The position numbers and the translations under genes are program-made. Below are positions 50,540-62,416 of a stretch of DNA of 64,000 nucleotides, piece after piece. This DNA comes from Octopus sinensis (Eukaryota): NCBI RefSeq assembly GCF_006345805.1, contig NC_043010.1, positions 14,136,001 to 14,200,000 on the forward strand. Reading direction: 5' to 3'. Under the pieces are notes generated by a model. The model saw nothing but the letters and a program-made list of their open reading frames with translations. It was not told the DNA's origin and did not search any database. Each line of letters opens with the position of its first letter. The first letter of the stretch is position 1.

Positions 50540-51680
50540 CCACTAGTCATAACCCTTGTTTTACTGCCATATACAATCTGCCTTTCACTCTTAGGAAAAA
50601 GCCCTTATCAACAAAGGTAGTAGCTCTCCGAACTTTGCTCAGTCTGTTCTTATTCTAGCAACTTCACTTTCTGATCTTCCTCCTCTGCTGTTAACTTGGT
50701 CACCTAAGTAACATAAGCTATCTACTACTTCTAACGATCCCCCGACATTTGAGGAGGTCTATTCTCTACATTTTTAGTGTTTATTGTACCTGCACATCTG
50801 CTACACGCAAAGGCGACTTTCTCTGTTAACCTTCCCGTGATGCTACTGCACCTCTTATGTATCCATAACTTTTGTTGGGTGTGCCATATGGGGTTTCTAC
50901 CAACACCTTTCCTACATATCGAGCAGAGCCATCTCCCTGAAAGAATTTGAGATTTGTTTGTGTTCCTACTCACTAGGTGAGATTTTGTGGGGGGGGGTCC
51001 ATGCTAGCTAAAGTAAATCTAAAGACCTTAGATTCCAGACCTTACTTCCTCACCTGAAATTTTCTCTCTAGTTCAGGTTGTGATTCAGCTATAAGAACAA
51101 GGTCATCAGCATAGAGGAGCTCTGAAGGGCAGCCAGTCTTAAATTCCTCTTATGGCCTGGAGGACTATGATAAACCAGAGGAGAATGAAAACCAATCCTT
51201 GGTGAACTCCTACTTGTACACTAAATTTATTGCTATACTCATTGCTGACCTTCACCTTACTGACAACATCCTTGTACATGGCTTGTACTGCTTTCACCAA
51301 CCACTCATCTATCCCTAGCTTGCGCATTGACCACCAGATGAGGGAGCAGGTGACTCTGTCAAAGGCTTTCTCCAAGTCTACAAAAGCCAAGAATAGAGGT
51401 TTATTCCTGGCTGAGTATTTCTCCTGCAGTTGCCTTACCAGGAAGATAGCATCAGTGGTGCTTCTCCTTGGCACAAAAACCAAACTGCATCTCGTTGATT
51501 GTAAGTCAAAATTCTGTTCTATCATTTTAGCTTTAATTTCTTGCCTGTTGTGGGTCTCCTATCAAACTGAAAAGTCAAAAACGCTTTCTTGCAGCAGCCG
51601 ACTATCTCAAACTGGGTGTCTCCCTCAAACTCACGATTCACTGTATACCCCCACAAATGCACATTAAAGATTTTGTGTCA
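50540..51680 (-). mobile_element. RTE-clade LINE reverse-transcriptase fragment
   Basis: STTDAIF..FVDLEKAFDRV..GVHQG, YADD at 51102-51113, then a Cys/His segment, then VVDSLCYLGD; stops and frameshifts present. Confidence 0.9.
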
Positions 51681-51985
51681 ACAAAGTAGGAAAAGAATAC
51701 TCTATATATAATACATATTATTTGCATTGAATTTAAGAAGAAAAAAATTCAAGTTTCATGCCACAGATCATCAGATGTGCATATAATTTCTCCCCCATTT
51801 GTAGTATATCTAAACCTTTATTTAATGCCTCCTCCTCCTCCCTTGTTTTTTTTTTTTTTTTAAAGATGGTAGGGTGTGATTTCAGGGAAAGCAACTGAAT
51901 TCTACTTGGATCCCATATAGTAGTGCAGATTATAAACGAATCGAATTTTTTTTTTGTATTAATTTGTAATATTTGTCTGGTTCAG

Positions 51986-52177
51986 GTGAAATACAGTGTT
52001 ATACAGTATGTTTTCCCCGAGCTACAGAACCTGTATCGATGGCTGGAGATCGACTTCCATCCTTTGAAATTGTCTGATCGTGTGAAACCCTGTATCGACT
52101 TCATCAACAACCAGCCTGACTTGAAGCAGTATGTACCAGCTCTGCAAGACATCATCATTACCCGTGTACTTAAGCAG
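51986..52177 (+). CDS. EIF3A: eIF3a exon 8
   Basis: VKYSVIQYV..LYRWLEIDFHPLKL..KQYVPALQ..RVLKQ. Confidence 0.96.
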
Positions 52178-52225
52178 GTCAGTTTATATTTACTGATTTC
52201 TCTATCTATCTATCTATTGTATATA

Positions 52226-52401
52226 CTGTATTTTAACACGTATAAGGAACCCTCGTGTATAAGGACACCCCTAATTTTGAGTTTAAAATTTGGAAAAAAT
52301 GTCTTGTAAGGGATTATAATACTATCTATGTATAAGAAACTCCTATATTTTTAAAACCCACTTTTGACAAAATAGGGTTCCTTAAACATGTTAAAATACT
52401 G
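52226..52401. mobile_element. Tc1/pogo-type MITE
   Basis: ~27-bp TIR C(T/A)GTATTTTAACA..TAAGGAACCC; TA TSD. Confidence 0.75.
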
Positions 52402-53092
52402 TAATTTAGGTATGCTTATTCTTAAGACTAGGATGGCCATCCACAATTCAAAGATTTCAGTGTTTATGTGGCATACAGAGTTCATTTGATTGTCTATTTC
52501 TTCATGCTAGTGTGGCACTGATTTTGATACAGGAATTTGTAGCCAAGTGCTCTTCCTGTCACCTACAAACATCCGTTTCTCAGTTAAGGGGTTTTATGTA
52601 CCACATGAGTATGTACACACATATATAGAACAGGCTTTTTTTCTTTTTTTTCAGGTTTTTGTCTTTATTAAATTCCTTCATGAGGCTTTGATCAACCCAG
52701 GGTTGTAGTAGATATCACTTGGCCAAAGAGATGCCTTGTGTAGCTGAACCTGAAACCTTGAACTTCTTAACTACATCCATGCCTGCATCTGTGCACAATA
52801 TTTTTAAGGGGTTCACAGGTACAAACCCTGCCATGGCAAAGTGTCTTACTTATAACACTTGAATTTCAAAGTTGCCTCAATCACTTTAGTGTGATCAAGT
52901 CTTTCTTTTATTTCACAATGCTTTGGTTCTGATACTTCACTGTATTCTACCATTTGTAGAGTATAATGTGGTACCAGGCTGTGCTATGCTATTCCTTCTC
53001 TATTGTATATCTATATTAATATCTATTACATGTGTGTGTGCGTATGTACATATGTTGCTATTAACATACTATAATTGTGTCTCTACTTGCAG

Positions 53093-53209
53093 GTATCTCA
53101 AGTCTATCAAACCATAGAATTTAACCGTCTGTCTGTTTTGGTGCCATTTGCTTCTTCATTCCACTTAGAAAGAGTGATTGTCTCTTCTGCAAAGCATTTA
53201 GATCTTCAG
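53093..53209 (+). CDS. EIF3A: eIF3a exon 9
   Basis: VSQVYQTIEFNRL..LVPF..LERVIV..DLQ (PCI domain). Confidence 0.96.
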
Positions 53210-53943
53210 GTGAGTTACCATTCTTCTTCAGTACTTGGCATGGTTGTTTGATTCATTAGAATTTTTTTATTACTATTATCAAGTTCTCTTCAGTTGAACA
53301 TTTTAATTTCTGCTTTAACCGTTTTACTTCTCAAACCACTTTTGGTTAATTATCTAGAGAGGGGTAAACACCACCAGTTTGACTTTACTGTAATAATACA
53401 TAAACAAAATTTGGGTTGTAATCTAACATGTGTGGACACTTGTTTGAAGCTGATGAATCGATCCTCATCCAGGTCTTGTGTGTGTGGAGGCACATGGCCT
53501 AGTGGTTAGAGCAGCGGACTCGCGGTCGAAGGATCGCGGGTTCGAATCTCAGACTGGTACCACTGAATATCTGTGGTAAAATACTCTACTCTTATTAGAC
53601 CAATTCAGCTAGATGAGAACAAATGCTGCTGAATAGTATACAGTTCAAGGCTGTGAGCTGTGGTTGCACTAATATTGGTCTCGAATTTTGGCACAAGGCC
53701 AGCAAAGTTCAAGGAAGTATATTACACCGACCCCAGTGCTCAACTGATGATTATTTTATTGATCCCGAAAGGATGAAAGGCATGGTTGACTCAGTGGAGT
53801 TTGAACTCAGAGCAAAGCATTTTACCTGGTGTGTTAATGATTCTACCAAGTTGCCACCTTAATATGGCTGCACTAATGTTGATGGCTATTTCATTGACAT
53901 ACTAAGTGTGAATATCTGTGACAGTGATGTCCTATACAGAAGT

Positions 53944-54326
53944 GGAGGCGCAATGGCCCAGTGGTTAGGGCAGCGGACTCGCGGTCGTAGGATCGCGGTT
54001 TCGATTCCCAGACCGGGCGTTGTGAGTGTTTATTGAGCGAAAACACCTAAAAGCTCCACGAGGCTCCGGCAGCGGATGGTGGTGATCCCTGCTGTACTCT
54101 TTCACCACAACTTTCTCTCACTCTTTCTTCCTGTTTCTGTTGTACCTGTATTTCAAAGGGCCGGCCTTGTCACTCTCTGTGTCACGCTGAATATCCCTGA
54201 GAACTACGTTAAGGGTACACGTGTCTGTGGAGTGCTCAGCCACTTACACGTTAATTTCACGAGCAGGCTGTTCCGTTGGTCAGATTAACCGGAACCCTCA
54301 TCGTCGTAACCGACGGAGTGCTTCCA
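53944..54326 (+). mobile_element. tRNA-derived SINE family C (partial copies 53488-53555 + and 60690-60915 -)
   Basis: tRNA-like head GGCCCAGTGGTTAGGGCAGCGGACTCGCGG..GGTTTCGATTCCC; TSD TCCTATACAGA. Confidence 0.85.
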
Positions 54327-54482
54327 TCCTATACAGAGTGTGGTTATAAGTTCTCACTATTTACTTTTAGTGATTTTCACTTAATCCTGTGGATCTTCAT
54401 GATCTGCAAAGGAGTCAAACTCCGAAAATCTTGTTTTGTGACAAATATTTGTATTGAAATTTTTTTTCTCTCTTTTTCTTAG

Positions 54483-54668
54483 GTGAGAATCAACCATCGA
54501 ACTAATTCGTTGAGTTTCGGTACTGACTTGGTCCTTGCCCAGAAAGAAGATATCCCTGAAGGCCCCTATATCCAAAGCATGCCAAGTGAACGTATCCGCA
54601 ATCAACTTTCAATCATGGCTCAAGTTCTGCACAAGTCTGTCCAACTGGTTCGTCCAAAGGAGACTGAA
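54483..54668 (+). CDS. EIF3A: eIF3a exon 10
   Basis: VRINHRTNSLSFGTDL..GPYIQSMPSERIRNQL. Confidence 0.96.
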
Positions 54669-55051
54669 GTGAGTTAGAAATTAGTTTCAGACGTTAAAAA
54701 AAAAAAATTGAAATGAAAGGTTTAACCCTTTCGTTACTGTATTTATTTTGAGATGCTCTGTGTTTCTTTCAATTACTTTAAATTAAGAAAGAATTTAGTA
54801 AAATAACTTCGTTATCATTCAGCTAATGTTAGGAACATATATTTGTATACTGTGTATGTACCTAGTGTCCTATAACGCAGTATTCAGCATCTAAATGCTT
54901 CTTATGGAATATCTGCCATTTGAACTGAAATTCTTGATAGTTAATAGATTTATCACCATAGAGTAAAGTTTGTTAAAAGTGTGTAATTTGTTTTTCTTTT
55001 TTTTTTCCTCTGTGTTGGGCTCATATTTGCCATTGTTACTTCACTTTGTAG

Positions 55052-55189
55052 ACTGACAAGGAAGACCAGAGGAAAGAGATGATTGAAACTTATCGTTTGG
55101 CAGCAAAGGAGGAGCATAAAAACATTCTGAAGAGACGACAAATCATTGAGAACCGCAAAGAACAGCTAGAACATCTTAACGACCAGAGG
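55052..55189 (+). CDS. EIF3A: eIF3a exon 11
   Basis: TDKEDQRKE..EHKNILKRRQIIENRKE..DQR. Confidence 0.94.
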
Positions 55190-55718
55190 GTGAGTGGATT
55201 CTCTGCATTCTTATCATCCATTTCTATGACAACCGAGATTATTCTGTTAGTCACATACAAAGCCATTATATAGAGAGTATGATGCCATAACAGTAATTGG
55301 ATTATTTGTAGTGTGGTGTCCAGTGAAAGCACCTGTCCAGCAAGAGTTCAGGGGGAAAATTCTAACAGCATAATGTACCCTGAAATCTGTGATGTATCTC
55401 AAAATGTTAGGTTGACATGATTATGAGATGGTGGAGATGAGAGCAGTGGTTTTAAAACTTATGACTGTTTATTGTACTTGATAAAGCCATTTGACTTTGT
55501 TTTGTTTCTTGTAGTTGGTACAGATGTAAGGAAAAAGAAGGCTCTGAAACTGAGCTAAGGGCTAATTCTTAGCCTCAGTTTCATGGTGTGAAGTTGGAGA
55601 AATATAAATGTTTGGAGAAAAAAATTGATTGAATATAGATAACATTAAACATTCCCAGATTATTTGGCACCTCCTTCTTACCAATAGGTATATTGTGACA
55701 ATTGCTGCAGATACAGCT

Positions 55719-56545
55719 ATCATCATCATCATCGTTTAGCGTCCACTTTCCATGCTAGCATGGGTTGGACGGTTCAACTGGGGTCTGGGAAGCCAGAAGG
55801 CTACGCCAGGCCCAGTCTGATCTGGCAGTGTTTCTACAGCTGGATGCCCTTGCTAACGCCAACCACTCCGAGAGTAGTGGGTGCTTTTTATATGCCACCT
55901 GCACAGGTGCCAGACAAGGCTGGTAAACGGCCACGATCAGATGGTGCTTTTTACGTGCCACCGGCACGGAGGCCAGTCGGGGCGGCGCTGGCAACGGCCA
56001 CGGGCACTGGTATCTCAGCTACAATTTCCATTGATGTTGAAAGATTTCGATTTCGATTTTCACTTGCCTCAACAGGTCTTCACTTCACAAGTAGGGTTTG
56101 TGTCACAAGAAGGAAAGGTATGCATAAGTGGGCTGGCTACGTCCCAGGTAGAGGCCACGGGTCTCACTTGTCCTACCAGGTCTTCCCACACACAGCATAC
56201 TTCCAATGGTCTCGGTCTCTAGTCATTTCCTCGGTGAGACCTAAAGTTCGAAGGTCGTTCTTCACCACCTCGTCCCAGTTTTTCCTGGGTCTACCTCTTC
56301 CTCGGGTTCCCTCAAACGCCAGGGTGTGGCACTCTTTCACACAACTATCTTCATCCATTCTCGCTACATGACCATACCAGCGCAAACGTCTCTCTTGCAC
56401 ACCACAACTGATGCTTCTTAGGTCCAACTTTTCTCTCAAGGTACTTACACTCTGTCGAGTATGAACACTGACATTACTCATCCATCGGAGCATACTGGCT
56501 TCATTTCTTGCGAGCTTACGCATATCCTCAGTAGTCACGGCCTAT
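55719..56545 (-). mobile_element. RTE LINE 3' end: ORF2 C-terminus, 3'UTR with ~62-bp repeats and (GAT)n tail
   Basis: ORF 56173-56538 ..MLRW..RRLRWYGHVARM..RGRGRPRKNW is contiguous with the repeat-bearing UTR. Confidence 0.9.
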
Positions 56546-56791
56546 GTGGTTAAGAATTTTATCAATGCCTTGAACATAGAATTTGCTTGGCAAATACTGC
56601 CACAACCACTTGTATATGCTTGTGTTTGTATAAACCAGAATGCTATGTTATAAGCCTTTGCATAGAGATGTTCTATCTTCCAGATCTATAATAATCACAT
56701 GGAAGAATGAAAGATATAACTGATTTTAGTGTTGATGTTGGTAATTCTATTGAAAGATTGTCTTTCATTTATTTATTTGTTTATTTTTTAG

Positions 56792-57001
56792 GAACGAGAG
56801 GAACAGGAACAACAAAAGGAGCAACGTCGCAAGGCATATGAAGCTGAAATGGCCCGATTGGAACGAGAGGCTAAGGAGCGCGAAAAACAACGATTGGAAG
56901 AGGAGCACAAGGAGATTCAAAGACGACATGCCAAAGAACGCATTGAACAGCTCCGCAAATCAGAGATGGGTGCAAAATTCTTGCAAAATATCGACGAAGA
57001 A
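56792..57001 (+). CDS. EIF3A: eIF3a exon 12
   Basis: EREEQEQQ..EAKEREKQRLEEEH..ERIEQLRKSEMGAK. Confidence 0.95.
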
Positions 57002-57052
57002 GTAAGTTACTCTTTTTTTTAAAACTTAAATCAGCCAAGCATTTCTGACTTC

Positions 57053-57232
57053 GGAACTGTCATGCTTTTAGTTGTCAGGAGGAAAGTAGAAAAAGTGTGA
57101 CGTCAATTTGACGCCGCTCGTCCACCTTTGTTTCTCTCCGTAGAATTTATCAAATTAAAAAACGCAAAGTTATTCCGTAGAATTTATCAAGTGAACGTCT
57201 GTGAATTTGTTTATATTAAAAACATGTACCTA

Positions 57233-57267
<35 letters not shown>

Positions 57268-57581
57268 GTCTTGTTGGCTTATGTCAGCTTCATCATCACT
57301 ATCATCTGAAAAAAGAAAAAGTAAAAAAGATATATATATGTATTATATATACAAGAATATATTTATTTTATAAAGTTTAAACAGAACATGGAATGAAATG
57401 TATTTATTTATAAACTTTAAACTGAACTTCAATTGTTTTATAAACGTAACAGCGTGGTGGTACGTAAATAAACGGCGTAAATTAACGAAGGTATAAACCT
57501 GACGACGAAAATACACAAAGTTGACGTCTGACGTCAGATTTTTCTACTTTCACTTCTGACACCTAAAAGCATGACAGTGCC
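57053..57581. mobile_element. MITE family M2 (GG-starting ~55-bp TIR; Merlin-like)
   Basis: GG(A/C)ACTGTCATGCTTTTAG TIRs; perfect 8-bp TSD CTGACTTC. Confidence 0.88.
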
Positions 57582-57696
57582 CTGACTTCCCCTATTTGCA
57601 GTCTAAATTTCTCATTCCTCACCTCTTCATTTTCACTTTTTTGCTTTGCTCTTATTTGACTGTCTCTGATTGTCATCCACTTTTCTGTCTCTTTAG

Positions 57697-57801
57697 GACT
57701 TTGCTGATTTGGACGTTGATGAGATCATGGCACGACAAGTCGAACAGCTCGAGAAAGAGAAGAAAGAGCTGCTGGAGAGGTTGAAGGCTCAAGAAAAGAA
57801 G
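57697..57801 (+). CDS. EIF3A: eIF3a exon 13
   Basis: DFADLDVDEIMARQVEQLEKEKKELLERLKAQEKK. Confidence 0.96.
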
Positions 57802-58333
57802 GTTTGTTGAATTCTCTCTTCACTCGTTACAGTTAAATTTAGTAATTTTGACTGAAGAGATCATTTGAAAGTTAGCAACATTCTTAATTCCAGTGTTATT
57901 AATTAACCTCTTCGCTTTTTGATCATTTAACCCTTTAGCATTTAAACTGGCCATATCCGACCAAAAGTATTCTGCTTGTTTTATGTTCAAACTGGCCAGA
58001 TCTGGTCTCTTACACCAGCCCTACAATATCGTTTTAAAAATTAACAGCTACCTCATCAAAATTTCATAGATACAAGATTAATGCATGATTAGTTCAAAAC
58101 AACATGGATAAAAAAGCATTAATTTTAGCAGAATGACATGAACATTAAAGGGTTAAATGACTAAGGTAATATGTAGAGATTTATGGAGTTTTGATTCCTA
58201 TTCAACTTACAAACACTCACAAAGTTTTTACACATCACACTCTTATGTACATTTTTGTGCTGTAGAATATTACTGTTCCAAACTGTATGTTTGTATTATA
58301 ACTGTCATTGATTGATTATATAAACCATTGCAG

Positions 58334-58447
58334 GTTGACTATTTTAGCCGAGCTAAGAGACTAGAAGAAATACCTTTACTTGAAGACCAGTTCAAGGAGG
58401 AGAAAGTACAAAACCAGAAATTCTGGGAAGAACAGGAGAAAGGAAGG
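58334..58447 (+). CDS. EIF3A: eIF3a exon 14
   Basis: VDYFSRAKRLEEIPLL..FWEEQEKGR. Confidence 0.96.
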
Positions 58448-58628
58448 GTAAGCTTCACTCTCTTTGTTATATAATAATGTCCTGGCTTGTAGAGCAATCA
58501 TAAAGCCCTGTTCACAATTTTTGAGAGAGAAAACAGGCCTATGCAGTTATATAAACTTGCATTAACCATTACACTTTATCACTAGATGTATTACAGTAAC
58601 AAATATTCCTGTTTTATTATTTTGACAG

Positions 58629-58751
58629 ATTGAAGGACTCAGAAAGGAACGAGAATTGGCTTTGGAGACCTGGAATCGTCTCAACCGCATGAAAGATGAG
58701 AGAGTCAAGTTTGTCAAGATTTTGTCAGAAGCAAGAAAGTCTGACTTTAAC
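58629..58751 (+). CDS. EIF3A: eIF3a exon 15
   Basis: IEGLRKERELALETWNRLNRM..ARKSDFN. Confidence 0.94.
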
Positions 58752-58919
58752 GTGAGTAGATGTGTCAAAGTTACCTGGCTGTTGTTGTTTTCATGCTTAC
58801 CCACAGCTCCTGGTTCTGTGATACAAATTTCCTGTTCTACTGTAATATAGATTAAGGCCTATCGATATTTTGTATTGATTTAAGCTCCCAACACCAGATT
58901 TACATATTTTCCTAACTTA

Positions 58920-59262
58920 TTGTCTGTTGCCAGCGCCGCCCCAACTGGCCTCCGTGCCGGTGGCATGTAAAAAGCACCATCCGTCCGTGGCCGTTGCCAG
59001 CCTTGCCTGGGCCCTGTGCCGGTGGCACGTAAAAAGCACCATCCGTCCGTGGCCCTTTGCTAGCCCCGACTGGCACCTGTACAGGTGGCACGTAAAAAGC
59101 ACCCACTACACTCACGGAGTGGTTGGCGTTAGGAAGGGCATCCAGCTGTAGAAACACTGCCAGATCAGACTGGGCCTGATGCAGCCTTCAGGCTTCCCAG
59201 ACCCCAGTTGAACCGTCCAACCCATGCTAGCATGGAAAGCGGACGTTAAATGATGATGATGA
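58920..59262 (+). mobile_element. RTE 3'UTR copy with tandem repeats and (GAT)n tail
   Basis: Same family as 55719-56545. Confidence 0.85.
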
Positions 59263-59724
59263 GGACAGTATATTTCAACAGGATTATGGCAATGAGGGTT
59301 GCTAAAGCAATGATAATGATGGAGATGTGTGTGAAAGAGAACAAGCTGATTTATTGGCGTAGGCCATGAGTTTGTAAAGTGGAGGAAGCAGTTAAATGAC
59401 CTTGATGCAGTCTCCTACTACTCTCTCATCCGCTTCAACAGACTTGTTGCAACATATATGGGTGCTTGTGAGCTTCCCAATTTGGACTGCAGAGTCACAT
59501 GCACTCTCATTGCTAAGAATACAGACTTTGTTGTCATCAGACACTGATGGACTACCTACGGGTGTGTGTGTGTATATATATATAATATACATGCACAAGT
59601 ATGTATATATATATATATATATACACCGGAGTAAACACATAAATGTGAAACAAGGTGGAAAAAAGAGTACTCAAATACCAGAGGTACAGTAATATGCTTT
59701 ATTTAAAAGCAGCAGAAATTTAAT

Positions 59725-59772
59725 AAAAGCTGTTACTCAGAGTTTCACGTTCCCGTTCGACAGACAGTTTTG
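59725..59772 (-). ncRNA. Hammerhead-like motif, family H1, CUGUCGA core variant
   Basis: CAAAA CTGT CTGTCGA ACG GGAA CGT GAA ACTC T GAGT A ACAG CTTTT. Confidence 0.5.
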
Positions 59773-59829
59773 CTAACTGTATATATATATATATATATAT
59801 ATACATACATATACACACACACATACATA

Positions 59830-60605
59830 GAGGGTATGGTGAAGAAACTGTCTTCTAAGTTATTATGCATAAATGAAAATAAGACTGACATCTCATTTTA
59901 ACAGATATATTTAACAAAATTACACAAAAATATCTTGAAATACTAAACAGTAAATTTATTCAATAAGATAGCCATTGGCTTCAACCGCGGCCTCCAAGCG
60001 ACTTTGGAATCTCCTGAAACTCTTCTGGATGTTCTCCTTTTTTAAGTTGGTGAATGCTGCTATAATTCTTGGCTTCAGTCCATCTTTGGTGTTACAAGTT
60101 TTGTTTGTCTCTTGCTCAACTGTGTCCCACACATAATACTGAATGGGGTTGCAGAAATTATCTGACGGCCATGACTGGGTTCTCCTGCCTATGTGGCATG
60201 GTGCTGAGTCCCGTTGCCAGCCATAGAGTCTTCCAGCAGCAACCCTCTTGACCCAAGGTAGCACTTCTTCCAGGCATTTAATGAAGGGCTCTGTGATGGG
60301 TCTGAGGCTGATGAATGGAGGCATAACGTTGCCATCACTAGTGATCACTCCTAACTTCATGATGTTGACTGGATGCCGGATTTTTATCACTCTTGGTACA
60401 TGTCCTCAGATTGACACCCAAACATTCTGAAATGTTCGTATTTGAGCTTCGGGCAGAGTGAATTGTGTCATGGTACTGTTTTTCTAACACGTGGTGTCCA
60501 ACTGACCTTATTATACTTTGTGGTCGACAAAATCAAGAACAAGCATTGCGCATGCGCGAAATGAAAAGTATAAAAATGGCAACAGTTTACCCATCGCACC
60601 GTATT
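59830..60605 (-). mobile_element. Decayed Tc1/mariner element (resembles DD37D/maT type), internally deleted
   Basis: ORF 59956-60390 HPVNIM..SDGNVMPPFI..WQRDSAPCH..NPIQYYVW..EANG. Catalytic spacing cannot be counted because of a deletion. Confidence 0.75.
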
Positions 60606-60913
60606 TATATATTTATTATTTATGCGCCCATTTCAAGCCTAGCCAGGCTCAGGGGCCTGGTTTCTGTGGCATATGTGTTCCCCTCAGCTGGACGGAATGA
60701 AAGTTCACAGCATTGCTCAAGAAACATGAAGAAAGAGTGAGAGAAAGTTGGGGCAAAAGAGTACAATAGGGGTCGCCACCACCCACAGCTGGAGCCTCGT
60801 GGAACTTCAGGTGTTTTCGCTCAATAAACACACACACAGCGCCCGGTCTGGGAATCGAAACCGTGATCCTCTGACTGCGAGTCCGCTGCCCTAACCACTG
60901 AGCTATTGCGTCT

Positions 60914-60974
<61 letters not shown>

Positions 60975-61754
60975 TGTATTTTATGGCAACTGACAGTGAA
61001 ACGAAATTTCTAGGAGAAAGCAATAACATAGCAAGGGTGAGATTAATGAAATAGTAAAATTGCATTCCTGACATATGACCTCACATTTTTATGTAGAGAG
61101 AGACAAGCATTTCACCATCCTACTTGAAAATTATCAAGTCTTTTGTTTTGTTGCATGGTACAGAGCACTTTATTATTGCTGGGTCACTCAAATTTTACTC
61201 AAGTCAATGAAGGGACTGCTACACAGTCGGTTGACCTGCTAGAAAGAGTAGCCAATCCTCCCTCAAAAATCCTATCCTGTAACATAGTGCCAGATACACC
61301 ATGTCTAGTGATTGTGGTTTTGGTGTTCTGCAGCAAGTGAGTGATGGGGGGAGCAATTTGCAATAGTAGGTATGAATTATATTGGTTGTCAGGAGCAACA
61401 GAAGTAAGCCTACCTCCAGTACAAGTGATTGGTGATATACAAAGAGCTTGGTAGCTCATGGGTTTTTGCTTATTTAACCCTTTAGCATTCAAACCGGCCA
61501 TATCTGGCCAAAATATTTAACCTGTTTTATATTGAAACTGACCAGATCTCACCTTTCATCTCAGCCCAACCATGTTGTTCTAAAACTAAAAAATCACATC
61601 ACCGGAATCTCTAAACTACAAGATTAATGCATGATTAATTCAAACCATTTTAAATAAACAAACATCACATTTGACAGAATAATCTGAACACTAAAAGGGC
61701 TAATATATTTAAGTCGTTGGACATGCAGGTAAATTAATTAAACATAGTGTTGAT

Positions 61755-62040
61755 ACTCTCTTTACTCTTTTACTTGTTTCAGTCATTTGACTGTGGCCAT
61801 GCTGGAGCACCGCCTTTAGTCGAGCGCATCAACCCTGGTACTTATTCTTTGTAAGCCCAGTACTTATTCTATCGGTCTCTTTTGCCGAACCGCTAAGTGA
61901 CGGGGACGTAAACACACCAGCATCGGTTGTCAAGCAATGCTAGGGGGACAAACACAGACACACACACACATATATATATATATATACACACATATATACG
62001 ACGGGCTTCTTTCAGTTTCCGTCTACACAAATCCACTTAC
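61755..62040 (-). mobile_element. SINE family B, 5'-truncated, ending ~43 nt before EIF3A exon 16
   Basis: Reverse complement of the family B 3' half. Confidence 0.85.
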
Positions 62041-62083
62041 TGAGAGTAAAATTCTTACATTTTTGTCGGTTTCATCATTACAG

Positions 62084-62237
62084 GACAGATTGAAGAAATT
62101 TGAGGTGCACATGCAAGAGGAAGCCAAGAGCCGGCTCAAGAAACGCAAGGAGAAACGTAAAAAAGAACGCCGAGAGAAGTTCTATCGCGAAAAAGAGGAG
62201 GCCGAGATACGCTTGAGGGAAGAGGTAGAGAGAAAAG
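62084..62237 (+). CDS. EIF3A: eIF3a exon 16 (last exon recognised in the window)
   Basis: DRLKKFEVHMQEE..RKKERREKFYREKEE..; donor G|GTAAG; no stop codon. Confidence 0.94.
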
Positions 62238-62416
62238 GTAAGAAATTTTTATGTATTGACTTCCGTATCAACTTAGCTGTTCTTCTTTCTCATTGTACTT
62301 ACAAGAATGATCTCAACACTCTTACTTGATCTGGCAGAACTAACAGCCAGATCTTTCTCAGTCACACCCTATTTTTCCAGAAAAGGAAGATAAATTTAAT
62401 AATGTAGTCTTAGATA

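Larger units (their letters stand above)
27625..62237 (+). other. EIF3A: EIF3A gene span (eukaryotic translation initiation factor 3 subunit A), 3'-incomplete in the window
   Basis: 16 GT-AG exons splice in frame and track human eIF3a from MPxYFxRPENAL to the E/R/K-rich coiled-coil region. Confidence 0.97.

Noticed and set aside
53488-54020. tRNA-like sequences
   Set aside because: They are SINE heads: they lack a proper acceptor stem and continue into the SINE body with a TSD.
58448-58628. Intron-encoded H/ACA snoRNA (vertebrate EIF3A hosts SNORA19); hairpins here and at ~54870-54920
   Set aside because: Box H/ACA spacing and pseudouridylation pockets are not convincing by eye; needs cmscan or snoReport.
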